Source: Promethearchaeia archaeon
GTDB taxonomy: Archaea; Asgardarchaeota; Lokiarchaeia; Sigyniarchaeales; SOKP01
Assembly (NCBI GenBank): GCA_029856145.1
Contig: JAHQWK010000011.1
Coordinates: forward strand, 1-64,000
Length of the DNA: 64,000 nt
Direction of reading: 5' to 3'
Shown here piece by piece: positions 40,088 through 50,404 of this stretch. A program made the translations under genes and the position numbers. The notes beneath the pieces are model-generated. The model was not told the DNA's origin and searched no databases. It saw only the letters and a program-made list of their open reading frames with translations. Every line of letters begins with the position of its first letter. The first letter of the stretch is position 1.

Positions 40088-40738
40088 ATGATGTCATATA
40101 GAATTATGCCCAAAAAAGATTTGAGTGCCGAACAAAAGTACAGAAAATACTTTCATAATGGTGATAGAAGAGAAATTTTCAGACTTTTGGTTGAAAAATA
40201 TGGAGTAGAAAGTGCTATATATCCTGGAAGTTATATAGATATTGCCCCCTCATTTTATATTCCGATAACTGTGTATATTGACTCTTTCAAAAAAACCAAT
40301 AAATTTTTTGAAGCTAATGATATTATGGATTTTGTTTCTAGTAATCGAGAATATACTAAAACACCAATAATACGATATCATTACTCTGATTATAATATGG
40401 ATTTTGGAGAAAAAGTTGAAAATTTTGATTTATTAATATCATTGTACGCTGGTTTTGTGTCTGAAAGCTGTAAGAAATATCTTAAAAAGGATGGTATTCT
40501 ATTAGCAAATAATAGCCATGGAGATGCAGGTATAGCATATTTAGATGATGATTTTGAATTAATGGCAGCAATTTACAAAAGTAATGGTCAATATCGGTTA
40601 ACCGAGAAGAATTTAGACAAATATTTCATTCCAAAAAAACAAGAATTGAAAATTACCAAAGATTATCTAAAGAAAATTAATCGAGGAGTAGGATATACGA
40701 AAACTTCAAGTGCTTATGTATTTAAAAAAATAAAATAA
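40088..40738 (+). CDS. Uncharacterized SAM-methyltransferase-like protein
   Basis: YPGSYID, FDLLISLYAGF, LKKDGILLANNSHGDA. Confidence 0.65.
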   Translation: MMSYRIMPKKDLSAEQKYRKYFHNGDRREIFRLLVEKYGVESAIYPGSYIDIAPSFYIPITVYIDSFKKTNKFFEANDIMDFVSSNREYTKTPIIRYHYSDYNMDFGEKVENFDLLISLYAGFVSESCKKYLKKDGILLANNSHGDAGIAYLDDDFELMAAIYKSNGQYRLTEKNLDKYFIPKKQELKITKDYLKKINRGVGYTKTSSAYVFKKIK

Positions 40739-40755
40739 ATAGAATAACTAAGATA

Positions 40756-41316
40756 ATGAGCTTAGAAAAGATAAAAGAGACATTAGGTGAAAAATTTAGT
40801 CGAGATACTGACTTTTTGGACTCAGTAATTAATAATTTAAATTTAGATAAAAAATCAAAAATCTTAGATGTTGGCACTGGATGGGGATTAATGGCAATTA
40901 CACTTGCCCTCCATGGATATAATGTTATTACCGGTGAACCTGAGAATGCGAAATGGGCAGATTGGAAAACAAGAGCAAAATTAGTGAATGCAGAGGATAA
41001 AATTACATTCAAACCATTTTATGCTGAGAATTTACCATTTGAGGAGGATTCTTTTGATGCCATATTTCTCTATACTTCACTTCATCATATTGAGGATAAA
41101 ATTGGTGCTATTAATGAAATGCTACGCGTTATGAAGCTTGATAGCTATTTGATTATAATTGAATTGACGGAGAGGGGAGTGGAACAAATTAGAAAACGCC
41201 ACATTCATCATCCTGATGCTGTTAATTCTAAAGATCTTCTCGAAAAATTTAATCTTGAAGTATCTACAAAAGAAAGTAGATATTTAAATGCTTATATCTG
41301 TAAAACTAAGCATTAA
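40756..41316 (+). CDS. Class I SAM-dependent methyltransferase
   Basis: ILDVGTGWG, LPFEEDSFD, LHHI, EMLRV. Confidence 0.92.
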   Translation: MSLEKIKETLGEKFSRDTDFLDSVINNLNLDKKSKILDVGTGWGLMAITLALHGYNVITGEPENAKWADWKTRAKLVNAEDKITFKPFYAENLPFEEDSFDAIFLYTSLHHIEDKIGAINEMLRVMKLDSYLIIIELTERGVEQIRKRHIHHPDAVNSKDLLEKFNLEVSTKESRYLNAYICKTKH

Positions 41317-42305
41317 ATAGAATTATTTTTATTTAATAATTCATCTCTTTTACGACGGTAATATATTATAGGGTTATCACCTTGAATTAGTTTTTCTCCC
41401 ATTTTTAACTGAGTTTTAATTGGTTGTTGTGTGACAACAACATCTCTATCTTGATGGAGGATAACAATATTAAATTTGTTAGCTAACCAGTTAACAAGTG
41501 ATTTTAAAATTGGAATTCTTAGAAATTTTTGATAGAACCTCATATAAAATTTAGTGTGTTTCTCATCAATAGGTACAAAAGCAATAAAGATGCGAACTTT
41601 TTCTCCAAGGAAGTTCTGCCAAATATGAGGAAATTTAAAATGGAGGTGGAAAACCTTCATTTCTTCAGTAAATTCTTCAGGTTTTAAAGTTTTAGTCTTT
41701 CCATCATCTTTCTGATTATAAACCCAAAAAATAAACTCATTTCCGTCCTCAGAAGGTTCAACTAATGGTCCATGAACGAGAGTTTGTTTACCTCGACCAA
41801 TAGTATTATGATGGACATAAGGTAAATGAATAACATCAAGTTGATTTTCGATAGCACGACTATAATGAACAGGCCATATTTCCGTGTGAGTTTTATATGA
41901 GAATTTTTTATCAATATCTTGAAAAAAGGGTAAAGGGGGGTATTCTGATTGAATTTCTCCCCACCATATCCAGATGAAATCATGTTTTTCTCGCGTAGGA
42001 TAAGAGATAACTTTAAATTGTTCAGGTACAGGAGTGTTTTTTCCATATGCCGGTATTCTTGTACATCGTCCCGATTTATCATATCTTAAACCATGAAATG
42101 GACATTTAACTTTTTCGCCTTTATCGCATATTTTTCCTATACTTAGCATCGCTCCTCGATGGGCACATTTATCTCTTAAACAAATTACATCTCCATTTTT
42201 TCTACGCCAAAAGACTAATTTTTCCCCAAATCGAGTTACTCCCATTAGTTTACCTTTTAAGACTTCTTTTGATTCCAAAACGGCATACCACTGATTCCTA
42301 ATCAT
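41313..42305 (-). CDS. Rieske non-heme iron oxygenase alpha subunit (VanA-like)
   Basis: Rieske CAHRG...CPFHG; mononuclear Fe motif ENQLDVIHLPYVH; distal QD. Confidence 0.93.
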   Translation of the reverse strand: MIRNQWYAVLESKEVLKGKLMGVTRFGEKLVFWRRKNGDVICLRDKCAHRGAMLSIGKICDKGEKVKCPFHGLRYDKSGRCTRIPAYGKNTPVPEQFKVISYPTREKHDFIWIWWGEIQSEYPPLPFFQDIDKKFSYKTHTEIWPVHYSRAIENQLDVIHLPYVHHNTIGRGKQTLVHGPLVEPSEDGNEFIFWVYNQKDDGKTKTLKPEEFTEEMKVFHLHFKFPHIWQNFLGEKVRIFIAFVPIDEKHTKFYMRFYQKFLRIPILKSLVNWLANKFNIVILHQDRDVVVTQQPIKTQLKMGEKLIQGDNPIIYYRRKRDELLNKNNSI

Positions 42306-42449
42306 GTTTAATCGATATTTAAAATTAAAAATAATATTAGTTTGTTCGTTTAATATTTTATAAATTAATTTCTTAAATCTTAAATCCGTTATATATGAAA
42401 AAATATTAAAGCCAAAAGGTTAATTTCTAATTACAATTTTAAATGTTAT

Positions 42450-43433
42450 TTGATAAAGAACTATTATCTAATTTTTAAAATTTTAGTTTTAACTTGCGTA
42501 ATCTGTCTATGTGGTTTTATTCTGTATAGTTTCTTTTATAATAATCTTTATTATCCTACTGAATCCCTAGTAGTCTCAATTAGTTGGATGATCACTATTA
42601 GTAATTTTATTTTATTTTTCTATGTATTGATATTTCTAATTAACTTTAGGACGTATATTATTATTTTTAGCATAGTTGCAATATTAGGAACACCAGCATG
42701 GATAATAATTTATGCTCTAGAAACTTTTATAGTTGGATTTTGGTTCCCATTTTTGACAATTATAAGACATCTTTCTGCTATTCTCTGCTTTTCCATTTTA
42801 TCACCAGGGTTAACCTTAATTGTTATAAATTATATTAAAAATAATTCAAATAGATTTCAATCGAGAAAGTTATTTCATAATTATCATATTCATGAGGGAT
42901 TTGTGGGGATAATCTCCATTTTAATTTCCATTATTCTAATAATAACACGATATGCACTTATACAATATGAGGTTTTTCGTCAAGAATTAAGGATTTTCTT
43001 GGCAATAGATATGGTTCTTCTTTATCTATTTCTTTTTTTTGGAAGTTTTTTAATTTTTAGAGATTGGAGGGATTTAGTTCAATTTAAAATCATCCAGAAA
43101 CGGGAACTTGTAGATACTATTTATTCTTCCTCAACTTTTTACCCTCTTACTTCTGATTCTGTTAACTTCTTTAAATCCCCTAAGATAATATTATATCCAT
43201 TTGGAATTTTACTCAGTAGCATAGCTGTAAATATTTTTATTCATGGAACCGATTTTTTCCCTGAAGAACTATTTACATTAAATCATGAAACACTTGTTTT
43301 AATTGGAATCATACTTAGCTTTTTTGCTGGAGGAATAGTAGGTTTAGACTGGTATAGATTATTTGCAAAACTATATCCCGAATTATATCAAAATTTCGAG
43401 CAGGTCTTAGAAAACCTTAGAAAGAATACCTAA
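42450..43433 (+). CDS. Hypothetical multi-pass membrane protein with YHIHE motif
   Basis: About eight TM helices; YHIHEGFVG and RDW.D. Confidence 0.75.
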   Translation: MIKNYYLIFKILVLTCVICLCGFILYSFFYNNLYYPTESLVVSISWMITISNFILFFYVLIFLINFRTYIIIFSIVAILGTPAWIIIYALETFIVGFWFPFLTIIRHLSAILCFSILSPGLTLIVINYIKNNSNRFQSRKLFHNYHIHEGFVGIISILISIILIITRYALIQYEVFRQELRIFLAIDMVLLYLFLFFGSFLIFRDWRDLVQFKIIQKRELVDTIYSSSTFYPLTSDSVNFFKSPKIILYPFGILLSSIAVNIFIHGTDFFPEELFTLNHETLVLIGIILSFFAGGIVGLDWYRLFAKLYPELYQNFEQVLENLRKNT

Positions 43434-43879
43434 ACTAAATCTCTTATAGATCTTTTCTGTATCAACTTTATAAGTTTTTTACTGAAAAATCCTGTTGCAA
43501 TGACATCAGAGAATTCTAATCTGTCAATGTATAATCTTAGACTTTTAATCTTATAATTCTGATAATCCAAGACTTCTGCAACCTTAACACTTAATTCTTT
43601 ACCTTGATTAAAACTTACATGTATTATGAATTCTTCAAAAAAAATGTTCTTTTCAACCATTATAACAATTGGTTCAAATTTAATTGTATCAAACAAAGTA
43701 AAGAACCAATTGAGCCAATCTTTTAATTTTTCTTTTCCTTTAATTTTTAACCCAAATATCTCAATTTCACAATCTTGCGAAAAATATGGGATGAGTTTAT
43801 CTATATCCTGTAATTCTAAATCATTATCAAGTTCTTCTGCAAGTTTAAGAATTTTATTCTTAATTTGATCTTCATTCAT
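43430..43879 (-). CDS. NTF2-like/SnoaL family protein
   Basis: FSQDC....G...G; KIKSLRLYID. Confidence 0.85.
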   Translation of the reverse strand: MNEDQIKNKILKLAEELDNDLELQDIDKLIPYFSQDCEIEIFGLKIKGKEKLKDWLNWFFTLFDTIKFEPIVIMVEKNIFFEEFIIHVSFNQGKELSVKVAEVLDYQNYKIKSLRLYIDRLEFSDVIATGFFSKKLIKLIQKRSIRDLV

Positions 43880-43974
43880 ATGATATCATTTCTTTTGATA
43901 CTAAATAAATATTAAACTTAAGAATTACATCTGTAATTAAAAATCTATTCATCTATTATTCATGAAATCGAACG

Positions 43975-44256
43975 TTAGCTAGTATTCCATTCCGAAAATC
44001 CAAGAATACTTCCACAGAAAGGACAATACCACATTTTTTTTCTGCGGGTATATTCTCCCTTAAATCCTTGGAATTTTTGATGCCTTTTTTTATCTATCTT
44101 TGTAGCATAGAAATCATATATATGTAGTTCTTTTTTACAATAAGGACATTTTGGCTTAATATGAGGGGCTGAATTGAAATTATATCCACAGTTAGAACAA
44201 ATTTGTATAGAAATATCAAGCTCTTTTCCGCATTCCCAACAACCTTTATTAAACAT
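43975..44256 (-). CDS. Multi-zinc-ribbon protein
   Basis: Four CxxC pairs in 93 aa. Confidence 0.8.
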   Translation of the reverse strand: MFNKGCWECGKELDISIQICSNCGYNFNSAPHIKPKCPYCKKELHIYDFYATKIDKKRHQKFQGFKGEYTRRKKMWYCPFCGSILGFSEWNTS

Positions 44257-44447
44257 AGGTTAATCAATTATGACTATAAATTATTGAACTTCCAATTATT
44301 ATTATTAAAAATTAAGCTACATTTATTTATATAGATTTCAATTATTATTTTATAAAGAAAAAGATCACCTTACAAATTTGTAATATTAAACATTTTTAAC
44401 CAAGAAAACTGTATTTAAATTAAAACAAAGAATTTCTCAAAATCAAA

Positions 44448-44843
44448 ATGTCCGATGAAGAACTTAGAGATCAAATTAATAAAATAGCAGTTCAAATAGA
44501 AAAAATTGAACAAGTAGCAAAACAAAAAGAATCTTATATCTCAAATAAGCTTAGTGGAGAATTTGATCCAAAAATCAGTGAAATTGAAGGAAAGATGCGA
44601 CAACAAAAGTCCATCTTAAATGATCTTAATATGCAAATTGATGTTTTAACATCAAAAAAGAAAGAATTGATTCCTATTGTAAAGAACTTGGAAAACGAAT
44701 GGAATAATCTAAAAAAAGAGAGAGAGAAATCTTTAAATTTAAACTTAAAAGCAATTGAAAAAGAAAAGAAAACCAAAACGAAAGATATAGACCGACAAAT
44801 AAAAGCACTAGAAAAAGAATTAAAATCATTAGAGACTAAGTGA
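44448..44843 (+). CDS. Coiled-coil hypothetical protein
   Basis: Continuous heptad pattern, K/E rich. Confidence 0.75.
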   Translation: MSDEELRDQINKIAVQIEKIEQVAKQKESYISNKLSGEFDPKISEIEGKMRQQKSILNDLNMQIDVLTSKKKELIPIVKNLENEWNNLKKEREKSLNLNLKAIEKEKKTKTKDIDRQIKALEKELKSLETK

Positions 44844-45010
44844 TTAAAGAATTCTAAATCTTTTTATATAGATAGATTCCTAGGGCTGATTGTATTTTTT
44901 AGACATTTTAAATAAATAATTAAATTCAAACTTCTATTAGAGTTCAATATTTCAAACTATAGATAAATAGGTTTCATATAAAGAAATATAATAAACAGAT
45001 TTAGATAATT

Positions 45011-45799
45011 ATGAACAATACAATCTATTTTTTCTCTGGAACAGGCAATTCTTTAAAGATTGCTAGAGATCTTGCTGAGAAGTTAGAAAATACTGAACTC
45101 ATGCCAATTGCTAAACTATGGCAAAAAAGAAGTATAGAATCAATAAGTGAAAAAATTGGATTCATTTTTCCATTATATTATTCTGGTCTGCCAAAAATAG
45201 TCCATGATTTTATAGACAAATTGAATATAAGTAGAACGAATTATGTTTTTACAGTTGTTACAAGTACAGGGGATATAAATGAACAATCTTTACAGCAGTG
45301 GGATAAGCTTCTCAAGAAAAAGTCAAAAAAATTAAATGCAGGATTTTATGTCAATATGCCTAATAATTATATCATTGGATTTAATGTTCATTCAAAGGAG
45401 CGTCAGAAAGAATTTTTTGAAAATGCGATTAAACAAATAAAAAATATGTCTGAAATAATAAATAATCAGGAAGACAATATTACTCAAGAGATTCTTGAGA
45501 AAGATGTAAGCCGGAGTGCAAAAATTAATAAAAATTTTCGAGATTCTGTAAATGAGAGTGATAAAGCTTTTACCGTAAGTGAGAATTGCAATAGCTGTGG
45601 TATATGTGAGAATGTTTGTCCTGTTGATAATATTATTCTGATAAGTGGGATACCAGAATGGCAACATAAATGTCAACAATGCTTAGCGTGTATCAATTTC
45701 TGTCCTGAAAAAGCAATTCAATATGGAAAACAAACTCAGAAAACACAGAGGTACCATCATCCTGAAATTTCAATTGAAGAGATAGCAAAACAGAAATGA
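45011..45799 (+). CDS. EFR1 family flavodoxin-ferredoxin fusion
   Basis: YFFSGTGNS, MPNNY, two 4Fe-4S motifs, RYHHP. Confidence 0.93.
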   Translation: MNNTIYFFSGTGNSLKIARDLAEKLENTELMPIAKLWQKRSIESISEKIGFIFPLYYSGLPKIVHDFIDKLNISRTNYVFTVVTSTGDINEQSLQQWDKLLKKKSKKLNAGFYVNMPNNYIIGFNVHSKERQKEFFENAIKQIKNMSEIINNQEDNITQEILEKDVSRSAKINKNFRDSVNESDKAFTVSENCNSCGICENVCPVDNIILISGIPEWQHKCQQCLACINFCPEKAIQYGKQTQKTQRYHHPEISIEEIAKQK

Positions 45800-45853
45800 G
45801 ACTTTTAAATTATTAAAAAACATTTTTTAAGTATATCTTAATCAAGTTGTGAT

Positions 45854-46594
45854 ATGAATAATCATTTTGGGACTTATGGAGATAATTTCCAACTAAAATC
45901 TAAATATATTAGAGGAAATTTGCCTCGTCATCAATTAAACTGGGTAGAAAAACCTAAAATTTTTAAGACATATCCGAATGCTTTAAAAATAGTAAAATTA
46001 CCTGATCCTGAGTTTAATAAGGATATACAATTTTGGAATGTAATTTTAAATAGGCAATCTACTCGAAAGTTTAGAAATGAGCCTATAACCCTTTCAGACC
46101 TAAGTTCCTTATTATTTGGAATGACTGGTTTAACGCGTATTTTTCCACAATATGCCTTTAGGACAGTACCATCTGCGGGTGGTTTATATCCAATTGAAGT
46201 ATATCCTACAATAAATAATGTTGAAAATCTGGAAAAAGGGATTTATCATTATAACATTTCAAAACACCACCTTGAATTGTTAAAAGAAGGTGATTTTCGA
46301 ACGGAGATTGCTAAAGGATGTTTAGATCAACAAATAGCCTTTAATTCAGCAGTTAATTTTGTATGGACTGTGATTATCGAAAGATCAAGGTGGAAATATC
46401 TTCAAAGATGTTATCGTTATATCTATATGGATGCGGGACATATAGGTCAGAACTTTTATTTAGTTGCTGAGGCATTAGGTTTAGGCGCATGTACTATAGG
46501 TGCCATATATGATGATGAAATTAATAATTTATTAGATATTGATGGTATTCAAGAAACAGCACTTTATGTTGGTGTAATAGGAAAAAAAATTTAG
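45854..46594 (+). CDS. SagB/ThcOx family dehydrogenase (nitroreductase fold)
   Basis: RQSTRKF, RTVPSAGGLYP, KY..R.YRY, DAGHIGQN. Confidence 0.93.
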   Translation: MNNHFGTYGDNFQLKSKYIRGNLPRHQLNWVEKPKIFKTYPNALKIVKLPDPEFNKDIQFWNVILNRQSTRKFRNEPITLSDLSSLLFGMTGLTRIFPQYAFRTVPSAGGLYPIEVYPTINNVENLEKGIYHYNISKHHLELLKEGDFRTEIAKGCLDQQIAFNSAVNFVWTVIIERSRWKYLQRCYRYIYMDAGHIGQNFYLVAEALGLGACTIGAIYDDEINNLLDIDGIQETALYVGVIGKKI

Positions 46595-47400
46595 TAGAAG
46601 AAGATTAAATCTATAATTATAATTGTAAAAGCTGCTCCAAGTGCAATACCAATATCAAGCCAATTAACAGTTTTTGTTTCAGAATGGGATATTCGGTCCA
46701 AGTATGGAAAAACAGGTTTATAAATAGCCATTAATATTATTGTAAATCCTGTAGCAGAAATAAGAGCAATCAACCTATTAAAAAGTACACTTGGATCGAA
46801 GATTGATACGTATATCACCGAAGTTATAAAGTATAGGGAAAATCCTAAAGAAACCGTAATCAATTTCCAAACTGAATGATGATTAGATATATTTTCTAAT
46901 GGTAATAGCAAGAGTAAGAATATACTCCCAATAGTAATAAATAAAATACCAAGAATTCCTATAATGATTGATGGTATTCCCCCAATGATAATTACTTTGC
47001 CCCAATCAGTTAAGAGTGGGAGTTCTATAAGACTTATAAAAGTCGCTACACCCTCTGCCATAAATGTCGTTCCTGCACACATAAGTAACGGTAAGATTTT
47101 AGGATTGCATTTATACCATACTGAAAGACTTACAATAGAAGAACATAATATATTAAAAAGTGGTCCCATAGCCACAGTAAATGGCATTACTTCTGGAATA
47201 AGTGGACCACCGTCGCAATGTGATAATGCAAAAGGGTGAACATATATTCTTATATCAGATGCACCTACTATTGAAAGAGCAATAGCATGTCCTGTCTCAT
47301 GAAATGTAAGTCCTAAGCAATAACTAAAGGTGTATGCTCCTAGTACTAATAGGATAGATTTTAGGGTAGAAAGGTTAAATATTCTTGAAATTTTAGACAA
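46591..47400 (-). CDS. M50-like membrane metallopeptidase
   Basis: HETGH, AMGPLFN, TDW. Confidence 0.75.
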   Translation of the reverse strand: MSKISRIFNLSTLKSILLVLGAYTFSYCLGLTFHETGHAIALSIVGASDIRIYVHPFALSHCDGGPLIPEVMPFTVAMGPLFNILCSSIVSLSVWYKCNPKILPLLMCAGTTFMAEGVATFISLIELPLLTDWGKVIIIGGIPSIIIGILGILFITIGSIFLLLLLPLENISNHHSVWKLITVSLGFSLYFITSVIYVSIFDPSVLFNRLIALISATGFTIILMAIYKPVFPYLDRISHSETKTVNWLDIGIALGAAFTIIIIDLIFFY

Positions 47401-47582
47401 AAAATTTTCCTTTTTTGATTTTAGCTTGAATTATTAAGTTCAATTAATCAATATTGAAGTTAATCTAATTCGAATATTGTTAAATGCTAAAATTTTATTA
47501 TTAATAAGAAAATGGGAGTTTAAAATTTAATTATCTAATTTTATAAAACTATTTTACATCTAAAATTTAATAATTAAATAAC

Positions 47583-48059
47583 ATGAAAGATTTGGAAAAG
47601 GAAGTTAGGACAATATTAAGAAAACAGAATTGGTTAGTCTTAAGTACTTCGGATAATAATAATGTACCTCACAGTTCTGTTGTAGTTTACCAGAGTGATG
47701 GCTATGTGATTTATTGCATGACAGGTAAGAATACAGTTAAGGCAAGAAATATCAGAAATAATAGTAAAGTGTCTGTGACCTTACCATTCAGAAAGAATTT
47801 TCTCCACAAGATTGTACCAGCACCACCTGCTGAATTACATTTTACAGCGGAAGCAGAAATTAAACCTTTCGAAGATGAGGAAGCCAGAAATATCTTTTCT
47901 AAATACTTAAAATATCAAGAAAATATAGAAAACCAAGAAGAAAATATTTGGATCAAAATAACACCATCGGGGAGAATAATAACTTATGGTGTTGGGATAC
48001 CACTCTTTAAAATGAGAAATCCAGAAAAAGCAAGGAATTTAGTTGAATTAAAATCATGA
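47583..48059 (+). CDS. Pyridoxamine 5'-phosphate oxidase-like FMN-binding split-barrel protein
   Basis: LVLSTS....PHS, T...TVKARNIRNNSKVS. Confidence 0.88.
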   Translation: MKDLEKEVRTILRKQNWLVLSTSDNNNVPHSSVVVYQSDGYVIYCMTGKNTVKARNIRNNSKVSVTLPFRKNFLHKIVPAPPAELHFTAEAEIKPFEDEEARNIFSKYLKYQENIENQEENIWIKITPSGRIITYGVGIPLFKMRNPEKARNLVELKS

Positions 48060-48095
48060 AAACAAGCTATAAATTTTAATAGAAAAGGATAACTT

Positions 48096-49340
48096 ATGTC
48101 GGAAAAAAAAATAAAACCATTAAATATAATTACTGATGGGATGAATCCGGTTATAAAGAAACATATAGAAGGTGTGTACTATGCATCAACTCTAATTAGT
48201 GGAATGGTTTGGTTTGAAACCGGCGAAGGAGCTGTAGTAATAGACACATTAATAAACATTCCCTCAGCAGAGAAAGTTTTAAATAGTATTCATGAAAAGA
48301 TTAAATTCATCATATACACTCATGGTCATGCAGATCACGTAGGTGGAGCAAAAGTCTTTATTGCAGATAATCCAGAGATCATAGCAAATAAATATTTACC
48401 AGAAAGGTTTGATAGATATAAATTTCTTGAACCATATAGAAATCTAATTGCTGGTATGCAATTTAATGTCCCATCAACTATATTTGGAAAAGGTGTTAAA
48501 AATTATGTATATCCCACAAAGATATTTTTAGGAGATTACACATTTAAGCTAGGAAAATATACGTTTGAGCTTCACACTGGACGTGGTGAAACTGATGATG
48601 CCGTTTGGGTATATATCCCTGAGCTTAATACTGCTATTATTGGTGATTTTATAATGGGTCCTTGGTTTCCAAATATTGGTAATCCATGGAAGCCTACTCG
48701 ATTTGCATTAGATTGGGTAAAAGAATTAGAAAGAATCCGCTTATTAGAACCAGAGTATATTTTCTGTAGTGGAGGAGGATATTTATTTAAGGGAGAACAA
48801 GCAAAAAAGGCTATGAATGATAACATTGAAGTAATCCGATCATTACATGATCAAGTGGTAGAATTGATCAATGAAGGAATGCATATTACAGAGATGATTC
48901 ACACTGTAAAAGTTCCAAAGCATTTAAACAATAGTCCTTTTCTAAAACAAAACTATTCTCGGCCAGAATTTTTTGTTTATAATGTGTACCGATGGTATCA
49001 TGGTTATTATGATCACAATCCCGCACATCTCATACCAAGACCAGAAAGGGAAGTTATGAAAGAAATTTATAGTCTCATTGGTTCTAAAGAAAAACTCATA
49101 AATCGTGTTAACAAACTTTTCGAACAGAAACAAGAACAGTTAGCTCTCCAAGTATTAGATGTTTTAATTCAGTCTGAACCAGAAGATATCGAGGCATTAA
49201 AACTAAGGATGAAATTAGTTAAAATTTTAGCTCAGGATGACACTTGTGTAATGAGTAAAAATGCCTATTTTTACAGTACCAAAGAAGATAAAAAAACTAT
49301 TCGTCAAATTCGAAAAAAATCAAAGGATTTCCCTTCCTAA
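48096..49340 (+). CDS. MBL-fold alkyl/aryl-sulfatase-like hydrolase
   Basis: THGHADHVGG, GETDD, FPNIGNP, YRWYHGYYDHNPAHL. Confidence 0.88.
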   Translation: MSEKKIKPLNIITDGMNPVIKKHIEGVYYASTLISGMVWFETGEGAVVIDTLINIPSAEKVLNSIHEKIKFIIYTHGHADHVGGAKVFIADNPEIIANKYLPERFDRYKFLEPYRNLIAGMQFNVPSTIFGKGVKNYVYPTKIFLGDYTFKLGKYTFELHTGRGETDDAVWVYIPELNTAIIGDFIMGPWFPNIGNPWKPTRFALDWVKELERIRLLEPEYIFCSGGGYLFKGEQAKKAMNDNIEVIRSLHDQVVELINEGMHITEMIHTVKVPKHLNNSPFLKQNYSRPEFFVYNVYRWYHGYYDHNPAHLIPRPEREVMKEIYSLIGSKEKLINRVNKLFEQKQEQLALQVLDVLIQSEPEDIEALKLRMKLVKILAQDDTCVMSKNAYFYSTKEDKKTIRQIRKKSKDFPS

Positions 49341-49430
49341 ATGGTTTACTTCAAAAATCCATTTTAAGGAATGATATTGAAAAGTACATAAATAGAAAAA
49401 ATTTTATAGGGATAAAAAAAAGTAATAATT

Positions 49431-50033
49431 ATGGAAGACCCGGAAGAAATGGAGCCCTCCGAGAAAAAATCAGAAATAGAGGGATATCATGATTTAAAGA
49501 AAAATGATTTTTCCATTCAAATTGAAGAAGAAAAGGATGGTACACAATCTTTTTATGTAAAGTCTGAGGATTTTTTTCAAAAGGTTGGACATGCTTTGAA
49601 AAACGTAGTTAATTATCTTAAATTCAAATTTCATAAAGTTTTTTTTAAAAAAGACACAGAAGAACAACATTATAAAATGTCAAAAAAACTTTATAATCAG
49701 CAAGAAAGGTTAGAAAAAAAATTAAAAAAGGTCGCAAAATCGTTAGAAAAAACTCATGAACTTGCAAGTCAAATTAAAGATGATACATCACAGATAAAGT
49801 TGGATATTGAAACTGTTGCGGTTATATTAGAATATCAAATGGATAGAATTTCAGATAAGATTGATGAGGTTGAAAACTACATGAGGGAGCATTTGGGTTC
49901 AAACTGGCTTCAAATTAAAAACAATTGGACACAATTTAAGGATGGAGAGATTTCTAGGGGTGAGTTTGCGAAATTAGCTTTAAAAAAGTTAGGAAAGATT
50001 TTTCTTGGTATTTTTGTTAGTACATCATCTTAA
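49431..50033 (+). CDS. Hypothetical coiled-coil protein
   Basis: ORF; amphipathic C-terminal helix. Confidence 0.75.
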   Translation: MEDPEEMEPSEKKSEIEGYHDLKKNDFSIQIEEEKDGTQSFYVKSEDFFQKVGHALKNVVNYLKFKFHKVFFKKDTEEQHYKMSKKLYNQQERLEKKLKKVAKSLEKTHELASQIKDDTSQIKLDIETVAVILEYQMDRISDKIDEVENYMREHLGSNWLQIKNNWTQFKDGEISRGEFAKLALKKLGKIFLGIFVSTSS

Positions 50034-50168
50034 TCTGGGCAATTAAATTTCAATCAAAGCTACTGATCATTATTCTTTTTTTGGATTATATAAAAATTAG
50101 ATTAATTAACAAAGAATGAATTAGATCTAATGAAAATGAGAATAATGTTTTGAATTAAAATCTTAAAA

Positions 50169-50384
50169 GTGGTTATCATAGTTAAAAAAGGAATTCTTGA
50201 AAAGTTAAAAGATAAGAAAGTCTCTGTGTATGTGAGAGATGTAGTAGAAAGAAACTGGTTTTCAGGGGCGTTTAAAGGCATTACTGATGATAGTATTGAA
50301 ATACGAGAAAAAACAGATTATTCTGAATGTCGTTATTATATTTCCCTAAAAGAAATTGTTGTTGTTTCAGAAAGTTTAATGTAA
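50169..50384 (+). CDS. Small Sm/LSm-like beta-barrel protein
   Basis: L..L.+K.V.V......F.G....I.D..I.I...YISL.EI..V pattern. Confidence 0.55.
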   Translation: MVIIVKKGILEKLKDKKVSVYVRDVVERNWFSGAFKGITDDSIEIREKTDYSECRYYISLKEIVVVSESLM

Positions 50385-50404
50385 GTGCTAAATAAAATTA
50401 TTCT

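Noticed and set aside
45854-47400. SagB plus M50 peptidase as a RiPP (azole peptide) cluster
   Set aside because: No YcaO cyclodehydratase or precursor peptide; the genes are convergent; stand-alone SagB-like genes are common
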